64,000 bases of DNA from a virus. The position numbers and the translations under genes are program-made. The DNA is taken from IMG/VR virus record IMGVR_UViG_3300044630_006441, positions 81,197 to 145,196 of that record; one strand, written 5' to 3'. Positions 26,904 to 36,137 of this stretch are shown here, piece by piece. Under the pieces are notes generated by a model. It saw only the letters and a program-made list of their open reading frames with translations, had not been told where the DNA came from and did not search any database. Position 1 is the stretch's first letter, and every line of letters begins with the position of its first letter.

Positions 26904-28534
26904 TGGCTGAATACTTCATGCCCTGTGGTTGCTCCTGGCCGATAGCCGGAGACCCGCCCCGCAAAGGTGCCTTGCCGCTCCTCGATGTTGATGTTTCTAA
27001 TCTGCCGGATTGTCATCTGGCTTGGGATATCATGTCGGTCGGCAATACCAAGGGCGTGTTCCAGCTTGAGAGCAGGCTGGGGGCGACCTGGGCAAAGAAG
27101 TTGAAGCCGAAGAACAACGAGCACCTTTCAGCCCTGGGCGCCCTGCTGCGCCCTGGCTGTCTGGCCGCTAAAGATGAACACGGCGTTTCCCTGACGGAAC
27201 ACTACTGCCGTCGCGTCAACAAGGAAGAGCCTGCTGACTCCTTCGACCCTGCGCTTGACGATATCCTCGGCCCCACCGAGCAGATCCTCGTCTACCAGGA
27301 ACAGTCCATGCAGATCGGTGCCAAGCTGGCCGGGTTCGATCTCAAGGAAGTGGATCGTCTGCGTAAGGCCATCGGCAAGAAAGACCAGAAGGAGATGGCT
27401 GAGGTCAAGAAGCTGTTCCTTCAAGGGGCGGAGAAGATCAAGGTCGTCTCCATGGAGACAGCGGAGACCATCTGGGGGTGGATTGAGAAGAGCGGACGGT
27501 ATCAATTCAACAAGTCTCATAGCATGAGCTACGGGCTGACGGGCTACGACACGGCTTACCTGAAGTCTCATTTCCCCGTGCAGTTTTATACCTCGTGGCT
27601 GGCTTTCGCCGAAGACAAGGTTGATCCCGACCAGGAGGTCATGGAGCTGGTTGAGGACGCACGCAGGGCGGGCATCCTGGTTCTGCCACCCGATGTCCGT
27701 GACCAGAAAATGGTCTTCTGGACAGACGGTCTCGATATCCACTTTGGCCTGAGCAACATCAAGGGGCTTGGCCAATCCAACCTCCACAAATTGTTCGAGG
27801 TGATCCAGAAGGCAGAGAGTGAATTGGGCAAGAAGTCCAAGGATTTCAGTTGGATGGAATGGCTTGTCCATGTCGCCTCCGAAATTCCCTCCGTCAACCA
27901 CAAGTTGATCATGGCTGGTGCGCTGGACTGGGCAGGCATCAAGCGTCAGCGCATGTTGGCCGAAGTTGATGTCGTCGCCTCGCTCACCAAGAAAGAACAA
28001 CAATGGATTCTGAATAATTGCGTCGGGGCCGAAGGCTTGATCGACATCCTGCGCAGGCTGGCCAAACCCAAGAAGGAAGGTGGCGGGGTGGCCAATGTCA
28101 AGCGCGGTTCGCTGGTGAACGGCCAGGCTACGCTGCTTGAGAATCCGCCGACCCCGCTGAGTGATCATCCGGCTTGGATGGCGTGGGCCGAGGAGCAGGT
28201 GTTCGGTTTCGCCCTGACCTGTTCTCGTGTCGACGGCTGTGATCTGGGCGATGCCAATACGACCTGTGGCGAATTCCTGGCGGGCAAGACGGGATTCCTC
28301 CTGCTTGGCGTCGAGGTGCGTGGCGTCAGGTCTTTCAAGACAAAGAAAGGAACCATGATGGCTTTCCTTTCTATATCGGATTCGTCCGGAATGCTGGACG
28401 ATGTGGTGTGTTTCTCTGAGCCTTGGGAGGAGTTCAAACACCTCCTGACTGAGGGCAACACTATTTTGGTGCAGGGCGAACGAGATCCTAAAAAAGGCTC
28501 GTTGGTTGTGCGCAAGGTTTTTCAGATGTCATGA
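26903..28534 (+). CDS. dnaE: DNA polymerase III alpha, C-terminal half (fingers, HhH, OB)
   Basis: GVFQLES, ALLRPG, VYQEQ.M, LRKAIGKK, FNKSHS..Y, FGLSNIKG.G, TKKG..MAF. Confidence 0.9.
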   Translation: MAEYFMPCGCSWPIAGDPPRKGALPLLDVDVSNLPDCHLAWDIMSVGNTKGVFQLESRLGATWAKKLKPKNNEHLSALGALLRPGCLAAKDEHGVSLTEHYCRRVNKEEPADSFDPALDDILGPTEQILVYQEQSMQIGAKLAGFDLKEVDRLRKAIGKKDQKEMAEVKKLFLQGAEKIKVVSMETAETIWGWIEKSGRYQFNKSHSMSYGLTGYDTAYLKSHFPVQFYTSWLAFAEDKVDPDQEVMELVEDARRAGILVLPPDVRDQKMVFWTDGLDIHFGLSNIKGLGQSNLHKLFEVIQKAESELGKKSKDFSWMEWLVHVASEIPSVNHKLIMAGALDWAGIKRQRMLAEVDVVASLTKKEQQWILNNCVGAEGLIDILRRLAKPKKEGGGVANVKRGSLVNGQATLLENPPTPLSDHPAWMAWAEEQVFGFALTCSRVDGCDLGDANTTCGEFLAGKTGFLLLGVEVRGVRSFKTKKGTMMAFLSISDSSGMLDDVVCFSEPWEEFKHLLTEGNTILVQGERDPKKGSLVVRKVFQMS

Positions 28535-28542
28535 GGTGAATT

Positions 28543-28962
28543 GTGAACAGTTGTGTTTTCATTGGGAATTTTGTGCGTGACCCCGAAGTTCAACAAGTCG
28601 GGGCCGAGCACCGAGTGGCAAAGTTCGCTATTGCCGTCAATGGCGGTCGCAAGAACCGCAACGGCGAAGAAGAGGTTGCTTTCATTGAGTGCGAAGCCTG
28701 GGACAAGTCTGCTGACACGATCAGCAAGTACATGAAAAAAGGCTCTAAGATCGCCATCCAAGCGACCGCCCGCACCGAAACCTGGACCGACAAGTCGAGC
28801 GGCAGCAAGAGGTCGACCTTGAAGTTCCGTGTCAACAACTTCACCTTCCTCGGGGTTAAGACTGGCGAGGCCCGTCCTGGCAAGCCGGTGGCCGCTGGTG
28901 TCGCTGCCGACGACGAGGACACGGGCTTCAGCGGTAACGATGGTGAAGAAATCCCCTTCTGA
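28543..28962 (+). CDS. ssb: Single-stranded DNA-binding protein
   Basis: GN..RDPE, F..C.AW, KG..I, acidic tail EEIPF. Confidence 0.9.
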   Translation: MNSCVFIGNFVRDPEVQQVGAEHRVAKFAIAVNGGRKNRNGEEEVAFIECEAWDKSADTISKYMKKGSKIAIQATARTETWTDKSSGSKRSTLKFRVNNFTFLGVKTGEARPGKPVAAGVAADDEDTGFSGNDGEEIPF

Positions 28963-28970
28963 GAAAAGTA

Positions 28971-30572
28971 ATGGCACGCATCCTTCTGGTTGGTGAGGCG
29001 ACTTGGTTGCAGACTGGCTACGCCACTTATGCGGCTCAGATAGCCCGTAAGCTCCAGGCAGCCGGTCACGAGATCGGGGAGTTGGCCTGCTACGGCAGTC
29101 CGAAAGACTCGCGGCGTGGCGAAAGCCCGTGGCCCGCTTTCTTTGTGACCACCAATGCGGACAACTATCCGCCATTGGCCATCAACCAGTCGAATCCGGC
29201 CCTGGGTTCCACGGTGTTTGAGGAAACCGTCCTGCGTTTTCAGCCGGATGTCGTCATCTCGCTGCGGGACCCCTGGCAGGATTCGTTCATCGCCTACTCG
29301 CCCCTGCGTCACTATTACCGCTGGGTGTTCATGCACCCGGTCGATGGTGAACCGCAGGATGACGAGTGGATTTCTGTTCTCAACCAGACGGATGCGGTGC
29401 TGGCTTACTCGGAGTACGGACTGAATGTTTTACGGAAGTATCCCGGCCTGAATGTGGCCGGGGTTGCTTCCCCAGGTGCCGAACCAGATGTGTTCTACCC
29501 GCACGATCAGAAAGAGTCCCGCGAGGCCCTAAATATCCCCAAGGACGCCCTCGTCATTGGGACGGTCATGCGCAACCAGGGGCGCAAACTTTACCCTGAT
29601 CTTTTTGAAAGTTTCAGGAAGCTTTTAGACACCGCCCCATCCCACATAGCCAGCCGACTCTACCTGTATTGTCACACTTCGTGGCCTGATGTTGGCTGGG
29701 ATTTGCCCAAATACTTGATCAAACATGGGATCGGCCACAGAACTCTGTTTACTTTCGCCTGCAAGAGCTGTGATCGGGCTTGTGCGTCCCTTTGGCAGCT
29801 TCCCGCCGGGTACTGCCCCTTCTGCACGAGTGGTGACTTAATCACCCCCACCGTATCGTCTGGGCTGCCTCGATCGTTTATGCGCCCGGTGTATTCATCG
29901 ATGGATATATTCGTGCAATACTCGGTGTGCGAGGGATTCGGAATGCCACAGGTTGAAGCAGCCTGTTGTGGTGTCCCGGTGACCTCGGTCGACTTCACCG
30001 CCATGTCATCTGTGGCCTCCGCAATCGGGGCCGAAACCATCCCAGTACAGCGAACTTTCCCGGAACTGGAGACAGGCCGTGGATTGGCGTTGCCAGACAA
30101 TGACGCTCTGGTCTCCTACCTGACCAGCTTCTTCTTGTTGCCGCCAGCCGCCCGCAGGGCTATAGGCAGTAAACATAAGAATATGGCTACTGCTACATTC
30201 AGCTATGACAAAGCTGCATACGCATGGTTAAAAACTATAGATAGCTTACACAAGCCAGCAAAAAGCTATCAGGATAGTAAAAGAGTATTGCCAAGTCTAG
30301 TTAGGCCAGATGATTATCTATCAAATAAAGAATGGGTCGACAAGGCTTTCTCTTCGGCTCTTGGCATCTCTGCCGCACAGGCTGGCTATATCGCCCAGCG
30401 AATGACCCGCGATCTTTCTCGTGGGTACTGCGACACGACTTTTGTTCCCTCCCAATACACAAGCTTTGGCCCCGGCGGGAAGCTTGGGGCTTTTACTCGT
30501 GACCATGCGTGGGCGCAGCTTTGCGGTGAGCGCGAGAGGATAGAGTTCTGGGAGGCCCAAAGAACATCATGA
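28971..30572 (+). CDS. Glycosyltransferase, GT4 (GT-B) with Zn-ribbon insertion
   Basis: TGYA, RNQGRK, EGFGMPQVEA (E-x7-E); CKSC...CPFC insertion. Confidence 0.85.
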   Translation: MARILLVGEATWLQTGYATYAAQIARKLQAAGHEIGELACYGSPKDSRRGESPWPAFFVTTNADNYPPLAINQSNPALGSTVFEETVLRFQPDVVISLRDPWQDSFIAYSPLRHYYRWVFMHPVDGEPQDDEWISVLNQTDAVLAYSEYGLNVLRKYPGLNVAGVASPGAEPDVFYPHDQKESREALNIPKDALVIGTVMRNQGRKLYPDLFESFRKLLDTAPSHIASRLYLYCHTSWPDVGWDLPKYLIKHGIGHRTLFTFACKSCDRACASLWQLPAGYCPFCTSGDLITPTVSSGLPRSFMRPVYSSMDIFVQYSVCEGFGMPQVEAACCGVPVTSVDFTAMSSVASAIGAETIPVQRTFPELETGRGLALPDNDALVSYLTSFFLLPPAARRAIGSKHKNMATATFSYDKAAYAWLKTIDSLHKPAKSYQDSKRVLPSLVRPDDYLSNKEWVDKAFSSALGISAAQAGYIAQRMTRDLSRGYCDTTFVPSQYTSFGPGGKLGAFTRDHAWAQLCGERERIEFWEAQRTS

Positions 30573-31705
30573 ACGACATTCTCTACATCGGTAATTTCCA
30601 CGACGGTACCGGCTACTCCAGGGCTTGCTGTGAAACCGCCATCGGTCTGGAAGAGGCTGGTGCCCGGGTTGTCTGTCGACCCATCACATTCAACGGCGGT
30701 CGTCAGCCATGCCCAGAAAAAATCTACGAGCTAGAGGATAGGGCGACTCCGGCCAGGTTCGATGCGGTCATCCAGCACACCCTGCCACCGATCATGAAAA
30801 TGGATCGTCGGCTCGGATTGAACATCGCCAATTTTTATTACGAGGCCAGCAGGTTCAACAGTGCCGGTTGGGATTTGCGCCTCAACATGATGGATGTGGT
30901 GGTCACCACGCCCGGTATCTCGACGGTCGCCTGCTCCAACAGCCGGGTCAAGAAGCCGGTCGTCAGCCTGCCCCTGCCGAGCGATCCCCATCGCTACCTG
31001 AAAAAATATCCCGTGCCCGATTGCATCAAAGGGTACGTCAACGAGAAGAAGTTCATCTTCTACACGATCAGCGAGAATGTCCGTCGCAAGAATCTGGGCG
31101 GGCTGATCAAGTCTTACTACAGCGAATTCCTGCCGACTGAAAATGTTGTCCTCGTCATCAAGACCAATGGTGACCCGCAGCGTGTTCAGACAATGATGCG
31201 GGAAATCGGCCAGGGCATGAAGCTGAGCTATCTGCCTGAGATTGTTGTGATCACGGAAAGATTGAGCGAGGACCAGTTGATGGGCCTGCACGCTCATGGA
31301 ACATGTTTTGTCCAAGCCTCCTGCGGTGAAGCGTGGTCTTATCCGGCTTTTGACGCAATGGCGATGGGGAAGACGCCGGTTGTCCCGGACACCGGAACCT
31401 ATCGCTCTTACATGTCGGACGACACCGGCTATCTTGTGTCCACCTACGACGAGCCTTGCTCCGGCGGGCAGGACGAGTCGGTCGAGCTTTATCGCGGCGA
31501 CGAATACTGGGAGGTTCCTTTTACCAATGAACTGTCCCAGATGATGAGAAGGGCTTACAGGGAGGACGACCTGCGCCAAGCGAAAGCCGCGCTGGGTCTG
31601 GATGTGGCGTACCAATTCACCCCCCTGAAGGTCGGTGAGACCTTCCTGGAGGCTCTTAGCCATGCGACGCAAAAACAAGCTGTGGACGGATTTGTTGGAA
31701 GATGA
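30569..31705 (+). CDS. Glycosyltransferase, GT4-like
   Basis: TGYS, RRKNL..L, GEAWSYPAFDAMAMG. Confidence 0.8.
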   Translation: MNDILYIGNFHDGTGYSRACCETAIGLEEAGARVVCRPITFNGGRQPCPEKIYELEDRATPARFDAVIQHTLPPIMKMDRRLGLNIANFYYEASRFNSAGWDLRLNMMDVVVTTPGISTVACSNSRVKKPVVSLPLPSDPHRYLKKYPVPDCIKGYVNEKKFIFYTISENVRRKNLGGLIKSYYSEFLPTENVVLVIKTNGDPQRVQTMMREIGQGMKLSYLPEIVVITERLSEDQLMGLHAHGTCFVQASCGEAWSYPAFDAMAMGKTPVVPDTGTYRSYMSDDTGYLVSTYDEPCSGGQDESVELYRGDEYWEVPFTNELSQMMRRAYREDDLRQAKAALGLDVAYQFTPLKVGETFLEALSHATQKQAVDGFVGR

Positions 31706-32405
31706 TAAGGAGCCAGAACTCATTCCGTGGCAACAACTTAGGGATGCTGATGTCGAAAAAAGGTTTGATGTTAAGAAGCCTGTTAAGAAGATCAAGGCAA
31801 GGACGCCCAACCAGCAGAACTATATCAACAACATTGAGGCCTGCACGCTGACGATCTGCACCGGACCAGCTGGTTGTGGAAAGACTTATATCCCCTGCGG
31901 TTTGGCCGCAAACTGGTTGCACGAGAACAAGATTGAAAAAGTTATCCTGACCCGTCCGATTGTGGAGTGTGGACAAAGGCTGGGCGCCCTGCCTGGCACG
32001 CTGGGGGAAAAGACCGATCCCTACATGGCCCCCATGTTCGATGCTTTTGGTGACTTCCTCGACCCGGGTTTCCTGAAGCATTGCCGCAATAAAGAGACCA
32101 TCGAGGTTGTGCCGTTGGAAACCATGCGCGGGCGCACTTTCCACAACGCCGTGATCATCCTCGACGAAGCCCAGAATGTGACCCGTCGACAGATGAAGAT
32201 GTTCCTCACTCGCTTTGGCGAAAACTCCAAGGTTATCGTCTGTGGCGACGTAACCCAGACAGACTTGCCGCACTCCGAGGGCAACCCCCTCATCTGGGTG
32301 TGGGACAGGCTGGGTCATTCCGACATCGCCAAGGTCACCCTGGGGCCTGAGGATGTCCAGCGTCACGGCCTGATCCGCCACATCCTTGAGCGTTTGGGAG
32401 ACTAA
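31662..32405 (+). CDS. phoH: PhoH-family ATPase
   Basis: GPAGCGKT, LTRP.VE, LPG...EK, MRGRTF, ILDEAQN, GD..Q.D. Confidence 0.92.
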   Translation: MRRKNKLWTDLLEDDKEPELIPWQQLRDADVEKRFDVKKPVKKIKARTPNQQNYINNIEACTLTICTGPAGCGKTYIPCGLAANWLHENKIEKVILTRPIVECGQRLGALPGTLGEKTDPYMAPMFDAFGDFLDPGFLKHCRNKETIEVVPLETMRGRTFHNAVIILDEAQNVTRRQMKMFLTRFGENSKVIVCGDVTQTDLPHSEGNPLIWVWDRLGHSDIAKVTLGPEDVQRHGLIRHILERLGD

Positions 32406-32412
32406 ACCCCAG

Positions 32413-32478
32413 TCGGCGTGGGTAGGATCGTTAGCGGCGACCATTGCGGTTTCCAAAGACGGATCTTATCCATGCCGA
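32413..32478 (+). promoter_or_regulatory. 17-bp RNA stem burying the start codon of the downstream GT4 gene
   Basis: TCGGCGTGGGTAGGATC (32413-32429) pairs with GATCTTATCCATGCCGA (32462-32478); all 3 non-WC positions are G-U. Confidence 0.7.
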
Positions 32479-33482
32479 ATATTTCCAGCATTCTGAACTC
32501 AGCCGCAGGAAAGACTGACAGGATTAATGTCCTGACTTTCACCACCCACGAGCGGTATCAGAGCGCCTGGACAAACGTCGAAGCCAATTTTTTCCTGTGG
32601 AACGACGAGAACGCCAAGCCTTGGGTGCATAAGTATGCTCCCATGCCTAAAAACCACATCCTGCTGCCCTTTCACCCGTCGACGCCAGCCATCCCGGTTG
32701 GTGTCGACATCCATCTCGTTATCACGCACCATCTTACCCAGTATGACCGGGCTTTACAGGCTGCGACTCACCTGAATGTCCCCCTGCTGCGCCTTGAGCA
32801 TTGCCTGCCGGACGAAGACTGGTCTCCCGAGCGACGCAAGTTCTTCATGTCCAAGGGTGGGGATGTCAATGTCTTCATCACGCAGCACCAGTTGAGTTCC
32901 TGGGGCGGGAACGAAAACGATTCCGTCATCTACAACGCAATCGACACCGATCTTTTTGCTCCGGACAAAAGTGTTCAGCGGGAACCCGTCTGCCTGAGCG
33001 TGGTCAATGATTGGGTGAAGCGCGACAGCGTGTGCGGTTTCAGCTTCTGGAAGCTGGCCAGCAAGGATTTGCCCGTCAAGGTTCTGGGGGACACGCCAGG
33101 AGTTTCCAAAGCAGCCGCCAACGTGGAAGAGCTGGCAGCCGCCTACCGCAACTCTCTCCTTTTCCTCTGCACTGCCACCAACAGCTCCCTACCCACGACC
33201 GTCCTTGAGGCGATGTCCTCAGGCTGTTGTGTGGTCGCCTACCGAGCCACAGCCATTGAGGAAGCCATCGAGCATGGCGTGGACGGATTCCTGGTGGACA
33301 GCCCCGAACAGATGAATGCGATGGCCAAGAGGTTGTTGGCCAACCCGGCCTACTGCGAAGCGATTGGGAACAAGGCGAGGGAGAAAGCCCTTGGTCGCCA
33401 CAACTTGGATGTTTTTGTCGACAAGTGGAACCAGATACTGCGTCTGGCCGTGAATGCGCCGTGGTGGAGGAAACAATGGTAA
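32472..33482 (+). CDS. Glycosyltransferase, GT4-like
   Basis: THERY, NAIDT..F.P, P.TVLEAMSSGC.VV, IEHGVDG. Confidence 0.8.
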   Translation: MPNISSILNSAAGKTDRINVLTFTTHERYQSAWTNVEANFFLWNDENAKPWVHKYAPMPKNHILLPFHPSTPAIPVGVDIHLVITHHLTQYDRALQAATHLNVPLLRLEHCLPDEDWSPERRKFFMSKGGDVNVFITQHQLSSWGGNENDSVIYNAIDTDLFAPDKSVQREPVCLSVVNDWVKRDSVCGFSFWKLASKDLPVKVLGDTPGVSKAAANVEELAAAYRNSLLFLCTATNSSLPTTVLEAMSSGCCVVAYRATAIEEAIEHGVDGFLVDSPEQMNAMAKRLLANPAYCEAIGNKAREKALGRHNLDVFVDKWNQILRLAVNAPWWRKQW

Positions 33483-33928
33483 AGCTGCGCCTGAGTGTTG
33501 GCGACTCCAGCGTGAGTCTGCCCGGTTTTGTTCAGATCGACCCGCTCAATCAGGATCGTCCAGGCAATCCAGCCGACCTGACCAAGTATGCGGAGGAAGG
33601 TGAGGCGGTTGAAATTGTAGCCGCTGATGTTCTTGACTACTACCCTTCCGAATATCGCTCCAAGCTCTTGGGGCATTGGATTTCCAGGCTGAGCCGGGGC
33701 GGGATGATCCTTGTCGGGACCCGCGAAATCGTCGAAGTCTGTCGATATGTCATGCTGGGCGAAGCCGCCACTTTCGACAAACTCATCTTCGGCCCCATTG
33801 GCGGTCAACGCCGTCAAAGCGCCGGAACCCTGCCAGAACTTAAATCGATGCTTTCCCTGATGGGAACGACTCTGGTGCGTTCCTATGTAAAAGATTTCAT
33901 GAGCTATGTGGAGGCCATTCGTGATTAG
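33476..33928 (+). CDS. SAM-dependent methyltransferase-like protein (degenerate)
   Basis: KL.L..G....PGF..ID, EI.A.DVL, W...L..GG; GxG motif eroded. Confidence 0.5.
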   Translation: MVKLRLSVGDSSVSLPGFVQIDPLNQDRPGNPADLTKYAEEGEAVEIVAADVLDYYPSEYRSKLLGHWISRLSRGGMILVGTREIVEVCRYVMLGEAATFDKLIFGPIGGQRRQSAGTLPELKSMLSLMGTTLVRSYVKDFMSYVEAIRD

Positions 33929-34715
33929 CACATCTTGTCATAACTGCCGATTCGCCATCAAGGATGAAAGTGGCAACCAGACCGACTGTCGCACCAAGAT
34001 GCTCGATCAATTCAAGGCGGACGGAAAAGTCGAACAGCATGTGGTGGACGGTGCAGAAGCCTACAAGACAGTCGACCGTTTCTGTCCGCTTTACCGGCCC
34101 GCAGACTGGATGAAAGAGTTGAGCGACGAAGAGGCGATTGCCGAGGCCCGCAAGGAAAGGACTCTTTCCGTCGCCGCCATTGTCTCCTGCGAACATGGCG
34201 AGTTGTCCGATGTCGCCGTGACCGCCGAATTGCTGGCCCACCAGACGCTGCCAGTCAACGAGGTGGTGTTCACCATCACCCCCAGGTCCAAGGTGAAGCC
34301 CAAGGATGTGCTCTCGACCATCCGCGATCTTGACCCGCCCTACGAGTATTCCCTCCGCTATGTGATGGACAAGGAGTACACGGAGACAGACGCCCTGCAC
34401 GAGGCCACCGGCAACAACATCAAGTCTGTGTTCATCGTGTTTCTGGAAGCTGGCAAGGAACTCCCCAACACCTACCTGGCTGATCTTGACTACACGGTCA
34501 ATGACCTCGGCCAGAGGATTGTGTTGGTGGATCATGGCAAGCTGCATGGGCTGATCGTCCAGACCAATGCCTACAGAATGGTGGGCGGTTTCGCCGAGGT
34601 CGTGTGGGAAGGCACTGAGGACAACGTCTCTTCCGTCGCCGAAAAGATCAAGCGCATCGCCAAGGATCAGAATTCCCAGCACCTCATCCTCAGCGAGCTG
34701 CCCCATGTCTCTTGA
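33921..34715 (+). CDS. Hypothetical protein with N-terminal Cys cluster, possible degenerate GT-A
   Basis: CHNC...C...CP; start likely GTG 33921. Confidence 0.55.
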   Translation: MISTSCHNCRFAIKDESGNQTDCRTKMLDQFKADGKVEQHVVDGAEAYKTVDRFCPLYRPADWMKELSDEEAIAEARKERTLSVAAIVSCEHGELSDVAVTAELLAHQTLPVNEVVFTITPRSKVKPKDVLSTIRDLDPPYEYSLRYVMDKEYTETDALHEATGNNIKSVFIVFLEAGKELPNTYLADLDYTVNDLGQRIVLVDHGKLHGLIVQTNAYRMVGGFAEVVWEGTEDNVSSVAEKIKRIAKDQNSQHLILSELPHVS

Positions 34716-35454
34716 AGGGGTTTCAGTCGTTATCGCCAACCATAATTACGGCCATTTTTTGGCGGGCGCTCTGGACTCCGCAACAGCAGAGAAGCCGGGA
34801 CGAGTCATTGTGGTTGACGATGGCTCGACTGATGACTCCATCAGGATTGTCGCCAACAAGATGGAAGGGGGCGCCCAGCAGGAATACTGTGGTGTCCCCT
34901 CCTTTGTCGGCACGATCAACGGCGTGGAGGTCCGTTTGTTCTCAGCAGACGAGTCTCGTGGTCCGGCAGCGGCCAGGAACTGGGCCATGCAGGTCGCCTG
35001 GGACGAGACGGATTACTTCGCCATTCTCGATGCCGACGACCGCTTTCTGGCCGGTAGGATCAAGGCTTGCGTCGATCTTTTGGAGAAATACGGGGAGGTT
35101 GCTGGTGCGGTTTATACGGACTATCACCATGTGCGCAATGGTGTGCATTTTCGTCACTGCAAAAAATCTTTCGTAAAGCGCGAACTGGTTTTTGACAACA
35201 TGGTTCACTCGGCTTGCGTTATCCGCAAGTCCGTGCTGACTGAGGTTGGCCTCTACGACGAGTCCATGCCTCCGGCAGAAGACTACGAACTGTGGATGCG
35301 TATCGCCAAAGAACACATCATCCTGCATCTTCCTGAAGTCATGATGGATGTCAACGAAGGTGCGCACCAACTGTCGCGTCGCACATCCTCTGACTTTTAC
35401 GCCAAACAACTTCAAACTCTCAGGGGGCGACATTGTCAGAGCTTGCTGTCGTAA
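34705..35454 (+). CDS. Glycosyltransferase family 2
   Basis: VSVVI.NHNY, VVDDGSTD, G.AAARN, LDADD, EDYELW.R. Confidence 0.9.
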   Translation: MSLEGVSVVIANHNYGHFLAGALDSATAEKPGRVIVVDDGSTDDSIRIVANKMEGGAQQEYCGVPSFVGTINGVEVRLFSADESRGPAAARNWAMQVAWDETDYFAILDADDRFLAGRIKACVDLLEKYGEVAGAVYTDYHHVRNGVHFRHCKKSFVKRELVFDNMVHSACVIRKSVLTEVGLYDESMPPAEDYELWMRIAKEHIILHLPEVMMDVNEGAHQLSRRTSSDFYAKQLQTLRGRHCQSLLS

Positions 35455-36137
35455 TATCGGCTGCTGGCGCTGGACGCCGCATGAAAGCCCGCGGGCCGAA
35501 AGCCCTCATTGACATTGGTGGGGGCGAGACTGTCCTCAGTCGGCAATTGCACATGGCCAAGAAGGCCCTGCCGAACGCCGAAGTGGTGGTGGTAGTCGGC
35601 TACCAAAAAGATCGCGTCATCAAAACCCTGCCGAAAGATGTGCGGTGGGTCGAAAACCCAGCCCATGAAGAAACCAATGTAGCCCGGTCCCTGCTGATTG
35701 GCGTCTCTGGCCACCCGGCACGCAGGGCGGTTCTGATGTGCGGCGATCTCGTCTTTGGTCCGGACTTCTTGTCCAGCCTGCCAACCGCCGGTTCCGCTGC
35801 CGTCATTGATGAAAACCATAATCATCGCTCTTCTGAAGTAGGCTGCAATATTGACCGGGAGAGGGTCTGTCATTTCAGTTACGGGGTTTGGCCGAAGTGG
35901 GGTCAGGCTGTCGTCTTGGCAGACAAGGAGCTTGACCTCTACAGACGCATAGCCTCCCGCGACCAATGCGCCCGCTGGTTTGCCTATGAGGTCTTGAATG
36001 AAATCATCGATGCTGGTGGTGTGATCGCCCCAGCTTATCCAGAGAAATCATATCTGGTCGAGATCGACAGCACGCAGGATATCGACAGGGCCAAGAGCAT
36101 GGTTAATAAATTGCGTCGGAAGGGAGTTGTCGCATGA
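35433..36137 (+). CDS. Sugar/phosphocholine-type nucleotidyltransferase
   Basis: AAGAGRRM...PKAL, VVGY, N..SL, GD, EIDS..D. Confidence 0.8.
   Translation: MSELAVVISAAGAGRRMKARGPKALIDIGGGETVLSRQLHMAKKALPNAEVVVVVGYQKDRVIKTLPKDVRWVENPAHEETNVARSLLIGVSGHPARRAVLMCGDLVFGPDFLSSLPTAGSAAVIDENHNHRSSEVGCNIDRERVCHFSYGVWPKWGQAVVLADKELDLYRRIASRDQCARWFAYEVLNEIIDAGGVIAPAYPEKSYLVEIDSTQDIDRAKSMVNKLRRKGVVA

Noticed and set aside
25900-27060. Split intein joining the DnaE halves
   Set aside because: No intein N-terminal block after the N-half and no HN-C/S/T motif before the C-half
27128-28441. Long antisense ORFs (e.g. 437 aa opposite dnaE-C; also 2384-3427, 30731-31810, 52930-53970)
   Set aside because: Shadow frames of GC-rich coding genes with no recognisable motifs
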